A stretch of 59,253 bases of DNA, the filler included, from Candidatus Coatesbacteria bacterium (GTDB lineage: Bacteria > JAFGND01): assembly GCA_016927185.1 (NCBI GenBank). It is 3 parts of 3 records of this genome, joined end to end, with 100 filler letters (N's around TTAATTAATTAA, not from the genome) between each part and the next. Parts side by side here need not be neighbours in the genome. Positions count along the whole stretch, not along the records: positions 1 to 31,293 come from JAFGND010000008.1; 2 more parts are not named here. One strand, 5' to 3'. A model generated the notes under the pieces. That model searched no databases and was not told where the DNA came from. It saw only the letters and a program-made list of their open reading frames with translations. Positions 1 to 8,382 of the stretch are shown piece after piece. Positions within the stretch are counted from its first letter, which is position 1. Every line of letters starts with the position of its first letter. Made by a program: the position numbers and the translations under genes.

Positions 1-270
1 ATAAAGCAGCAGATATCAAGTGTTGTCAATGGTGGCAAGGGTAATATAAGAAGATTATATAATGATTATACGAAGCGTGGTGCAAAGATTGAAGGCAAAC
101 TTGATGTAATGATAATTATCTCACCTGAGGGTGGCAAGGATGTCAAGTTGCTTGGCTCACTGCCTGAAGATTTCAAATCAGCAGTAATGAGTTCCATAAG
201 AGGCTGGCAATTCCCCAAACCTGGCTCCAGAGTGACATTGAGATTCAGCTTCACTTTTGTACAGATGTAA
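1..270 (+). CDS. 3' end of a TonB-C-like (AgmX/PglI C-terminal-like) domain protein, 5'-truncated by the window
   Basis: Open frame 1 translated by hand: IKQQISSVVNGGKGNIRRLYNDYTKRGAKIEGKLDVMIIISPEG...AVMSSIRGWQFPKPGSRVTLRFSFTFVQM*. The pattern I..lY...l......G.v.v...I.p.G ... i..W.Fp ... F.F is typical of this domain. Confidence 0.65.
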   Translation: MKQQISSVVNGGKGNIRRLYNDYTKRGAKIEGKLDVMIIISPEGGKDVKLLGSLPEDFKSAVMSSIRGWQFPKPGSRVTLRFSFTFVQM

Positions 271-320
271 ATATAAGGGGAGGAGAATGTTCCTTCCCTG
301 TTGAAATAGGAAAGGGATCT

Positions 321-752
321 ATGATAAAAATGTTTACTTACCTGATTGTTTTTGCCCTGGTGTCTTTTTCTTGCGGTTCAACTCCGAAAGATGCACCAAA
401 ACAGCTGGATGAAAGCTTCTTCAGTAAAACAAGAAATACCTGGGTCAAGGAAGATATCATGTTTGTTGTAGATGCTCACAAACCAATATTGACAGAGATA
501 TATGAATATTTTTTGAAAAAATATCCCAAATCGGAATTCAAGGGAACAGTCCAGGTTTTAATGGAGATACAGCCAGATGGATTGGTAAAAGCTAATTCTG
601 TTCAGCTTAAATCGGATGATCTTGAGAAATTCAAGTCATTTATTTCCAGGATAAAGATAGAAATAGAAAAATGGAGATTTGCAAAGGTAAAGACAGAGAA
701 AAATGCAAAAATCAACTTCAATCTGTTATTTGAGCCGAAACAGCAAGAATAG
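321..752 (+). CDS. Lipoprotein with AgmX/PglI C-terminal (TonB-C-like) domain
   Basis: Lipobox-like signal (SFSC). Motifs IYEYFLKKYP...GTVQVLMEIQPDG...IEKWRF...INFNLLF. Confidence 0.6.
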   Translation: MIKMFTYLIVFALVSFSCGSTPKDAPKQLDESFFSKTRNTWVKEDIMFVVDAHKPILTEIYEYFLKKYPKSEFKGTVQVLMEIQPDGLVKANSVQLKSDDLEKFKSFISRIKIEIEKWRFAKVKTEKNAKINFNLLFEPKQQE

Positions 753-757
753 GTGAT

Positions 758-2299
758 GTGATGAAATATAGAGTTTGTTTATACTTGGTATTGTTTTCAT
801 TTATTCCATTATACTCTTTCATGCAAACCAGCAGTATAATTTATTTGCCTGACACAGATGTAATGGGAACACTTGGGGATGGCGTTTTCGAAGTAGGTTC
901 ATTCTTTATTGTGAATGATAAAAGCAAATTTGAGGCCGCTGGAAAAGTCAATGTTGGCTTCCTTCATAGAATGGAACTGGGATTAACTGTAAGAGGAAAA
1001 AACTATGTTTCAGGAAATGCAAAGGTTCTCCTCCTTCAGGAATATGGATCTAAACCGGCAATAGCTGCAGGAATAATGGATATATCAACTACTCCGAATA
1101 TTGGAAGAGCCAGATTTGTTGATTTTAGCGATAGTCTTGCAACAAATCCTACAAATTCAGCAGGATATGTTGTTATAAGCAAATTCATTGCACCTGTTAG
1201 TGATGTTTATCTTGGTTTTACAACCAGAACATTAGGAAACAGCGAGACATTAAAGAATCTGGGTGGAGTATATTTCGGAGTAGCAAGAAGAATCTGGAAA
1301 ATAAGATTGATGGGTGAAGTTGGAAGCAAGGGAATTAATCTGGGAACCGGATTTAATATCTGGTGGATAAATATGCAGATGGCAATGACTCAGTTACAGA
1401 ATCTTGGTTCTAGTGATGGAAAATCACCTTATTTTGCAGCTTCCTTGAGCATAACAAACATGGAGATAAAAAGGGAAGAGCAGGAAAGATTGAAGAGGCT
1501 GGCAAATGAAAAATATTTGCAGCAGATTGGAAAACGTCCGCCGATAGCACCAACTTTGCCTTTCAGACCATTCATGGGTCATCCCGGTGGACCATTTGGT
1601 GCAACAACAAGTATAGTGACAGTTCCTAATACTATTACATTGCCTAAAAATACGATGCTTGTTTCATCTGGAGGATTGATATCATATAAAGGTGATTATT
1701 GGGGATCCAATTTCAATATTGGTTACGGGATAATGAGTTTCATGGAAGCAGGCATAAGTATAGTGAACTTTAATGATGAATTATATTATCAAGGTCAGAT
1801 TAAGGCTACTATTCTCAGGGAACAACAGAATTATCCTGCTATAGCTGCAGGAGTTGAGAACATAACATGGCAGGGAGATATTGATCCAACAAAAGAAGGC
1901 AGCAGATTTCAGGGTGAGACATGGTATGAAAGCAGAAATACCTTTTTCCAGGACAGATCATTTTCACCGTTTGCTGTATTCTCAAAGCATTTTGGATATG
2001 GCTTGACAGCATATATTGGTGCAGGTGCAAGAAGCTTTACCGGATATGGCAGAACAACACATAAGTTCCAGGGAATGTTTTTTGGAGTAGAAAAGGATTT
2101 AGGTCCTGTTACATTATCAGGTGAAATGGGTGGTCGTGATTTCAATGCAGGCATTTCATACAGATACAAGAAGTTAAGAATATCCGCTGCAATTCTGGAA
2201 GCTCAACATATCCCATATATTAATGACATATACTATCCTTATTTCGGAGTTGGTGTCAGCTATATTATTCCTTTCAAGAAAGCAGAGCCAATAGACTAG
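758..2299 (+). CDS. Outer-membrane protein with two tandem YjbH-like domains
   Basis: Signal peptide. The duplicated motif AKVLLLQEYGSKPAIAAGIMDI / IKATILREQQNYPAIAAGVENI resembles YjbH (K..ll.E....PAiAvG..D). Beta-strand-rich halves are joined by a charged/Pro linker. Confidence 0.6.
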   Translation: MMKYRVCLYLVLFSFIPLYSFMQTSSIIYLPDTDVMGTLGDGVFEVGSFFIVNDKSKFEAAGKVNVGFLHRMELGLTVRGKNYVSGNAKVLLLQEYGSKPAIAAGIMDISTTPNIGRARFVDFSDSLATNPTNSAGYVVISKFIAPVSDVYLGFTTRTLGNSETLKNLGGVYFGVARRIWKIRLMGEVGSKGINLGTGFNIWWINMQMAMTQLQNLGSSDGKSPYFAASLSITNMEIKREEQERLKRLANEKYLQQIGKRPPIAPTLPFRPFMGHPGGPFGATTSIVTVPNTITLPKNTMLVSSGGLISYKGDYWGSNFNIGYGIMSFMEAGISIVNFNDELYYQGQIKATILREQQNYPAIAAGVENITWQGDIDPTKEGSRFQGETWYESRNTFFQDRSFSPFAVFSKHFGYGLTAYIGAGARSFTGYGRTTHKFQGMFFGVEKDLGPVTLSGEMGGRDFNAGISYRYKKLRISAAILEAQHIPYINDIYYPYFGVGVSYIIPFKKAEPID

Positions 2300-2328
2300 T
2301 TTTCAAGTTGTAATATTATTATAAATAG

Positions 2329-2350
2329 AAAGGGATTTTTCCCTTTTTAT
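2329..2350 (+). terminator. Probable intrinsic terminator
   Basis: AAAGGGA-TTTT-TCCCTTT hairpin followed by a T-run after the 758-2299 gene. Confidence 0.55.
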
Positions 2351-2449
2351 TTTAATCTGGAAATTATAAAACTATACTTGACTAAAAATTTCTTGTCAAA
2401 TATTTAAGAACTACAAAGCTTTGCGAATAAAAAAGAAAGGAGTTTAATT

Positions 2450-2788
2450 ATGAAGATTGCTTTTGAAGCAGATAACAAGATGGTTTATATCTTGCTTGGT
2501 CTTGTTGGAGTTTTGCTGCTTTTAAATCTTATTTCTCCGTTGTTCAACAGCAAGCAACTGACGGCAAATGGAGTGCCAGATGAACCAGCACCAAAGGTGA
2601 GGGTTTTCAGGGCTCCAGAAAAAGCATTTGCTATCAACTTGAATGAATATCCAAATGTTCATATTTTCAAGATGGATGGGGATCAGCTTCATTGTCTAGG
2701 GATGCTGAAAGTTGATGAGAAAAAGCGTACCTATTTATTTGAATCATACTCTGAAGAAGGTGGAGAAAAAACCGCCAAGAAGAAATAG
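2450..2788 (+). CDS. Hypothetical membrane-anchored protein
   Basis: AAGGAG RBS, one N-terminal TM helix, first gene of the fab operon. No recognised family. Confidence 0.7.
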   Translation: MKIAFEADNKMVYILLGLVGVLLLLNLISPLFNSKQLTANGVPDEPAPKVRVFRAPEKAFAINLNEYPNVHIFKMDGDQLHCLGMLKVDEKKRTYLFESYSEEGGEKTAKKK

Positions 2789-2789
2789 C

Positions 2790-3728
2790 ATGAATTTTGT
2801 CTATCTTTTTCCAGGTCAAGGCAGTCAATATGTTGGTATGGCTGCAAGTGTAATTGAGAACTGGAGTAGAGGTAAGGATTTAATATCTCAATCTTCTGAT
2901 ATTCTTGGTTATGACTTGGAAAATATTATGAAAAATGGTCCAGCAGAAATTCTTCAGCAGACATTGTATACTCAACCTGCTCTTTTCGTATCAAGCATGA
3001 TAGTTAAAACCTGGCTGGAAGAAAATTTACCATCTATTGAGCCTGAAATGGTAGCAGGACATAGTCTTGGTGAGCTATCCGCATTATGTTCTTGTGGAGC
3101 GCTTTCCTTTACGGGTGCACTTAATTTGGTTAAAAAGAGGGCAGAATTGATGCAGGAAGCGAATTCTCAGGGAGTTGGTGGCATGGCAGCAATACTGGGT
3201 TTATCTGCTGAAAAAATTGAAAACATATGCAACCAGTTCCAGGAACTTTCGATTGCAAATTATAATAGTCCCAATCAGATCGTGATAACAGGTTCCTTGA
3301 AAGCAATGGAAATCTCTGAAGCAGCTTTCAGGGAAGCGGGAGCAAAACGATTTATCAGGTTAAATGTTGGCGGGGCTTTTCATTCTTACCTGATGCAGAA
3401 TGCCTGTGAAGAATTTTCCAGTGAAGTAGACAAGATAATCTTCTCAGATCCCAGATGCCCGATAATAAGTAATTATGATGCAAAACCAAGTTCTATTTCT
3501 GATGAGATAAAATTCAAATTGAAGAAACAGATGATATCTTCAGTAAGATGGACTGAAACTATGTATTATTTAAGAGACAACCTTATTGATACAGTCTTGC
3601 TTGAAATTGGTTCTGGTAGTGTATTAAAGGGATTGGCTAAGCAGGCAGCAGGAGAGATGAAATGCGCCAGTCTTGATAAATGGGAGGATTTAGTATCTTT
3701 TAAAACGGAGATGGAGAGTAATGGATAA
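2790..3728 (+). CDS. fabD: Malonyl-CoA-ACP transacylase
   Basis: FPGQGSQ, GHSLGE and GAFHS motifs. Start moved to ATG 2790, directly after the upstream stop. Confidence 0.96.
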   Translation: MNFVYLFPGQGSQYVGMAASVIENWSRGKDLISQSSDILGYDLENIMKNGPAEILQQTLYTQPALFVSSMIVKTWLEENLPSIEPEMVAGHSLGELSALCSCGALSFTGALNLVKKRAELMQEANSQGVGGMAAILGLSAEKIENICNQFQELSIANYNSPNQIVITGSLKAMEISEAAFREAGAKRFIRLNVGGAFHSYLMQNACEEFSSEVDKIIFSDPRCPIISNYDAKPSSISDEIKFKLKKQMISSVRWTETMYYLRDNLIDTVLLEIGSGSVLKGLAKQAAGEMKCASLDKWEDLVSFKTEMESNG

Positions 3729-4452
3729 AATAGCTTTAGTAACAGGTGGTGCAGCAGGAATTGGATTGGAGATTTCGAGGCATTTGTTGCATAAGGGCAT
3801 CAAGGTTTACATAGGGGATGTTTCAGAAAAAGCACTTAATACTGCCAGTGAGGAGCTGAAATCATTTGGAAATTTTGCGGGGATAGTCTGTTTCAATGTA
3901 TCTGCTTTCGCTGACACAACTAGAGCAATTGATGAAATACTGCAAAAGGAGGGAGTTATTCACATACTTATCAACAATGCAGGAATAACTCGAGATAATT
4001 TGCTTCTGAGAATGCCAGAATGCGATTGGGATAGTGTTTTATCAGTAAATCTTAAAGGAGTTTTCAATTGTACGAAAGCTGTATTAAGACCTTTACTTAA
4101 AGCCAGATGGGGAAGAATAGTAAACATTTCATCAGTAATAGGAATAATGGGTAATGCAGGACAGGCAAACTATGCAGCCAGTAAAGCAGGTATAATAGGA
4201 TTTACAAAATCCATCGCCAGGGAAGTTGCTTCAAGAGGAGTTACAGTAAATGCAATTGCTCCTGGCTTCATAAAAACTTCAATGACTGATGCCTTGACAA
4301 AAGAAATACAAGACCAATATCTGGCATCCATTCCATTAGGAAGATTTGGCTTGCCAGAAGACATTGCGAAAACAGTGTTATTTTTAATATCTGATGATGC
4401 GTCTTATATAACAGGGCAGGTTATCCACATTGATGGTGGATTGGTAATGTAA
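3721..4452 (+). CDS. fabG: 3-oxoacyl-ACP reductase
   Basis: TGGAAGIG, NNAGITRD, YAASK; lies between fabD and acpP. Confidence 0.96.
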   Translation: MDKIALVTGGAAGIGLEISRHLLHKGIKVYIGDVSEKALNTASEELKSFGNFAGIVCFNVSAFADTTRAIDEILQKEGVIHILINNAGITRDNLLLRMPECDWDSVLSVNLKGVFNCTKAVLRPLLKARWGRIVNISSVIGIMGNAGQANYAASKAGIIGFTKSIAREVASRGVTVNAIAPGFIKTSMTDALTKEIQDQYLASIPLGRFGLPEDIAKTVLFLISDDASYITGQVIHIDGGLVM

Positions 4453-4488
4453 TAGAGTTGTAAATAGTTTATAGGGAGGACAGAAAAA

Positions 4489-4725
4489 ATGGTAGATGCA
4501 GAAGCCATTAAAAAAGTAATAGCTGAAAAGCTAGAGGTTGATATCAAGAAATTGGTTCCTGAAGCAGATTTTATTCAGGATTTGGGAGCAGATTCTCTGG
4601 ATATTGTAGAGCTGATTATGGCTCTAGAGGAAGAGTTTGGATTACAGATTCCTGACAGTGATGCGGAAACTCTTAAATCAGTAGGTGAAGCAATCAAATA
4701 TATTCAGGAGAATGCAAAAGGTTAG
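4489..4725 (+). CDS. acpP: Acyl carrier protein
   Basis: [20 protein letters not shown] motif. Confidence 0.97.
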   Translation: MVDAEAIKKVIAEKLEVDIKKLVPEADFIQDLGADSLDIVELIMALEEEFGLQIPDSDAETLKSVGEAIKYIQENAKG

Positions 4726-4740
4726 ATTCAGGAGTAAAGA

Positions 4741-5979
4741 ATGCCAAAGCGCGTCGCTATTACTGGTTTAGGTGTTATATCTCCTTTGGGACTTGATACG
4801 AAATCCTTCTGGGATGGATTAAAGGAAGGTCTTTGCGGAATTAGAAGAATAACATATTTTGATGCAAGTGAGTATTCTTCACAGATAGCAGGTGAAGTAA
4901 AGGATTTCGATCCGACAATATGGATGAGCAGCAAAGAAGCCAGGAAGATGGATCTGTTCTGCAGATATGCAATTGCTGCATCTCAATTGGCTATAGATGA
5001 TAGTGGAGTAGATTTAAGTGAAATTGAAAAGGAAAGGTTTGGAGTTATTATAGGCAGCGGGATTGGTGGAATAATTACCCTGGAAGAACAGCATAGGATA
5101 CTCATTGAAAAGGGACCAAGAAGAATAAGCCCGTTTTTCATTCCCATGATGATTTCAGATATGGCAAGTGGTTTAATAGCGATTAGATATGAAGCCAAGG
5201 GAATAAACTATTCAACCGTTTCTGCATGCGCTTCTGGAGCACACTCCTTGACAGCTGCGTTCAGATCTATCAAATATGGAGAAAGCGATATGGTTCTATG
5301 TGGTGGAACCGAAGCTACAATATCACCATTATCAGTAGCTGGTTTTTGCTCAATGAAAGCTCTTTCAACAAGAAATGATAATCCAGGAAAATCATCAAGA
5401 CCATTTGACAAGGAACGAGATGGATTCATAATGGCAGAAGGATCAGGCATAGTATTATTTGAAGAAGTCGAACATGCAAAAAAAAGAGGAGCTAGAATTT
5501 ATGCAGAGGTTATTGGTGCAGGTGCAACAGCAGATGCATATCATATTACTGCTCCAGCCCCTGAAGGAGAAGGAGCAAGAAGAGCAATGAACCTTGCGAT
5601 TCAAGAGGGAGAAATATCGCTTGAGAATGTTGATTATATTAATGCTCATGGTACTTCAACTGAACTTAATGATAAAGAGGAAACTCTTGCAATAAAGCTG
5701 CTTTTCAAGGAACATTCAAGAAGAATAAAAATAAGCAGTATCAAATCCATGGTTGGTCATATGCTTGGAGCTGCTGGAGGAGTTGAATGTGCAGCAACAG
5801 CACTTTCGTTATATCATGGAATCATTCCTCCAACTATAAATTATGAATTTCCTGATCCTGACTGTGACCTGGATTATGTACCAAATGTTACTCAGGAATT
5901 GAAAATAAATTATGCATTGAGTAATTCATTTGGTTTTGGTGGACATAATGTTTCATTGCTTCTCAAGAAATTTGAATAG
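4741..5979 (+). CDS. fabF: Beta-ketoacyl-ACP synthase II
   Basis: SACASG, HGTST, GHMLGAAG, SNSFGFGG motifs. Confidence 0.97.
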   Translation: MPKRVAITGLGVISPLGLDTKSFWDGLKEGLCGIRRITYFDASEYSSQIAGEVKDFDPTIWMSSKEARKMDLFCRYAIAASQLAIDDSGVDLSEIEKERFGVIIGSGIGGIITLEEQHRILIEKGPRRISPFFIPMMISDMASGLIAIRYEAKGINYSTVSACASGAHSLTAAFRSIKYGESDMVLCGGTEATISPLSVAGFCSMKALSTRNDNPGKSSRPFDKERDGFIMAEGSGIVLFEEVEHAKKRGARIYAEVIGAGATADAYHITAPAPEGEGARRAMNLAIQEGEISLENVDYINAHGTSTELNDKEETLAIKLLFKEHSRRIKISSIKSMVGHMLGAAGGVECAATALSLYHGIIPPTINYEFPDPDCDLDYVPNVTQELKINYALSNSFGFGGHNVSLLLKKFE

Positions 5980-5986
5980 TAAAAAA

Positions 5987-6760
5987 GTGATAAATCTACT
6001 AAAAAGAATACTTGGAAAGAGAGACAATGATAGTGGAAAGCTATCACGCAACAGGATTGATGAGTTGAGTAAACTCAAGGAAGAGTTGAACATTGATCTT
6101 GCTGATGACTTTTTGCTAAATAAAGCTTTTTGTCACAGATCTACTTATCCTCATAATGATAGCAATGAACGGCTGGAGTTTCTTGGAGACGCCATTATAG
6201 GAGCAATAATTGCCAGATACCTTTATGAAACATATGCTGAAGCAAGTGAGGGGGAACTTACCAAAATGAAATCATATCTGGTAAGCGAGATAATGCTTGC
6301 AAAAAGAGCAAAGATATCTTCATTGGGAGACTACATGCTCCTTTCAAAAAGCGAAGAACAGAATGATGGAAGAAAAAGGCAATCACTTCTTGCTGATGCA
6401 TTTGAAGCTCTTTTAGGAGTGATTTTCATACAAAAAGGATTTGATAAGACATATGAATTTATAATGGAGCAGTTCAAAGATGAGCTTGATAATCTGGATT
6501 CAATAGTCCCGATTTATAATTATAAGAGTTCCCTTCAAGAGCATTTTCAGAAGAAGTATCATTGTAATCCAATATACAAGATAAAAGATGAGATGGGTCC
6601 CGAACATGCAAAAACCTATTATGTTGAGGTATTTCTAAAAGGCAGAAAGCTGGGCAGTGGCAAGGGCAGTTCAAGGAAGACTGCAGAACAATATGCTGCT
6701 GCTGAAGCGATTTCGAATTTAGGTATTGACATAAAAGGGGGATTTTTAGAAAAGCCTTGA
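5987..6760 (+). CDS. rnc: Ribonuclease III
   Basis: NERLEFLGDA, ADAFEA and a C-terminal dsRBD (YKSSLQE...GPEH...G.G.SRK.AEQ). GTG start at 5987 is inferred. Confidence 0.95.
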   Translation: MINLLKRILGKRDNDSGKLSRNRIDELSKLKEELNIDLADDFLLNKAFCHRSTYPHNDSNERLEFLGDAIIGAIIARYLYETYAEASEGELTKMKSYLVSEIMLAKRAKISSLGDYMLLSKSEEQNDGRKRQSLLADAFEALLGVIFIQKGFDKTYEFIMEQFKDELDNLDSIVPIYNYKSSLQEHFQKKYHCNPIYKIKDEMGPEHAKTYYVEVFLKGRKLGSGKGSSRKTAEQYAAAEAISNLGIDIKGGFLEKP

Positions 6761-6784
6761 CAAAATAACAGTGTAATATAAAAT
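6757..6784 (+). promoter_or_regulatory. Sigma70-type promoter for the lipoprotein-LysM operon
   Basis: TTGACA-N16-TAAAAT upstream of an AAGGAGG RBS. Confidence 0.55.
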
Positions 6785-6827
6785 GGTCAAAAAGAAAATG
6801 AGTAAATATATGAAAGGAGGGCAACGG

Positions 6828-7109
6828 ATGAAGAAGGTTGCAGTATTGTGGAAAGTATTGGCTTTATGCATACTCATTGCAATATTACTAGGTTGCAAAT
6901 GCCAGAAGTATTCAAATGAAGAAATTGACGCCTGGAAGAAAAAGTATGATGAACGTGCGGCAGCACTAACAGAACTTAGAAATGAGATGGGGCAACTTGA
7001 ATCTAGCATATCAACCTATAACTCAAAAAAGAGCGAAATAAATGGTTTAATTGATGAAATTAAGAAATGGCAAGACAGAATTAACAAGAAATGTGAGCAG
7101 ATCCAATAG
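6828..7109 (+). CDS. Small coiled-coil lipoprotein
   Basis: AAGGAGG RBS before ATG 6828; lipobox LLGC; the rest is heptad-like coiled coil. Confidence 0.7.
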   Translation: MKKVAVLWKVLALCILIAILLGCKCQKYSNEEIDAWKKKYDERAAALTELRNEMGQLESSISTYNSKKSEINGLIDEIKKWQDRINKKCEQIQ

Positions 7110-7125
7110 AGAGGAGGGGAGTTAA

Positions 7126-8271
7126 ATGCGCGCAAGTTTAATAGTAGCATTGATAATTATAGCTTCATATACATTAGCAATAGCAGATGTTGTACAAGAA
7201 GCAGAAACCTTAATCAAGCAAAGTGATGCTAAAATAGCAGATGCTAACACAGTTGTTCAAGAAGTAAATGCGTTCTTGAATGATATTTCAGGAAAAGAAT
7301 CTGAAGTTACCGGCTTGATAGAAAACTGGGATAATCTTAGTTATAAAGAAAGAGACAAAATTGTTTTCAAGTTTGTTTCTATTTATATTGGTCAGGAAAA
7401 TGCCGAGAATGTAGAACATACACCAGATACAATTGCTTTACCAGAACATATTGCCAAAGCAAAAGAACTGATTGATAAAGTAAGAAAGCATAAGGAAGTT
7501 GTAAATGACATTATTGCAAAAGAAGATGTCATGATTGCAAAGTTAAGAGCAGAGATAAAAATGCTTGAAGAAATGTATAATTCAAAGCAATGTGCTAATT
7601 ATGTAATGTACGAATACAAACGTTACGATAATAATAAAGCTGTTGCTGAGAAAGCTTATACTCCAATCAAATACCATTATGCAGAAGATAAGAAACCATA
7701 CCTTAGAGATGAGGAAATGGCTGTATTCATTAAGGAAATGGTTCTTACTCATGGCCATAATAGTGAATACTATGGAAAATATACTGATAGTGGTAAGTTA
7801 AGAAAACTTCACAAGAAAAACTGGATTTGGCAGTATAACTGGCATATTTTCAAGGATTACAGAGGTCTCAAGCGTGAATTAGCTTTCCGCTGGGGTACAT
7901 GGCGCAAAGACAAAGCTTTGTGGATAGCTATTCCAAAACGTCAGCACCTTGACTGGGACGGCAAATATAGCCAGGCATTCTGGTATGGAGTTCGCAAAGG
8001 AGAATCCCTCAAGAGAATTGCTGGATATGATTTCATGTATGGCAATCCAAGAGCATGGCGCTTGATTTGGCGTAACATGATAACAGAACCATATGGTCAT
8101 GACTATAGTTACTTAGCCAAGATTGATCCTATAAAACCAGGTGTGAAGAAAGGTTATATAGTTGTAGCACCATACGCTGGAGTTAAATTTAACAGAATAA
8201 GGCTTAACTGGGTTCCAGAAGATGATAACATGGATACTCCAGGTACTTTCCAGCATTCAACACACAAATAA
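7126..8271 (+). CDS. Secreted coiled-coil protein with C-terminal LysM-like peptidoglycan-binding domain
   Basis: Signal peptide, N-terminal coiled coil, and YGVRKGESLKRIAGYDFMYGNPRAWRLIW...PIKPG, which matches the Y.V.kGdsL..IA...YG....W..I LysM variant. Confidence 0.6.
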   Translation: MRASLIVALIIIASYTLAIADVVQEAETLIKQSDAKIADANTVVQEVNAFLNDISGKESEVTGLIENWDNLSYKERDKIVFKFVSIYIGQENAENVEHTPDTIALPEHIAKAKELIDKVRKHKEVVNDIIAKEDVMIAKLRAEIKMLEEMYNSKQCANYVMYEYKRYDNNKAVAEKAYTPIKYHYAEDKKPYLRDEEMAVFIKEMVLTHGHNSEYYGKYTDSGKLRKLHKKNWIWQYNWHIFKDYRGLKRELAFRWGTWRKDKALWIAIPKRQHLDWDGKYSQAFWYGVRKGESLKRIAGYDFMYGNPRAWRLIWRNMITEPYGHDYSYLAKIDPIKPGVKKGYIVVAPYAGVKFNRIRLNWVPEDDNMDTPGTFQHSTHK

Positions 8272-8287
8272 TTAACAATAATCTTGA

Positions 8288-8319
8288 ATAAAAACCCTCC
8301 TTCATGGAGGGTTTTTTAT
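8288..8319. terminator. Intrinsic terminator (bidirectional shape)
   Basis: AAAAACCCTCC-TTCAT-GGAGGGTTTTT perfect hairpin flanked by A and T tracts. Confidence 0.85.
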
Positions 8320-8382
8320 TCTCATGAAACGCGAATTCTGTGGACAGATTTATATTGTTATGTTACTCAAATCCATGTAAAT

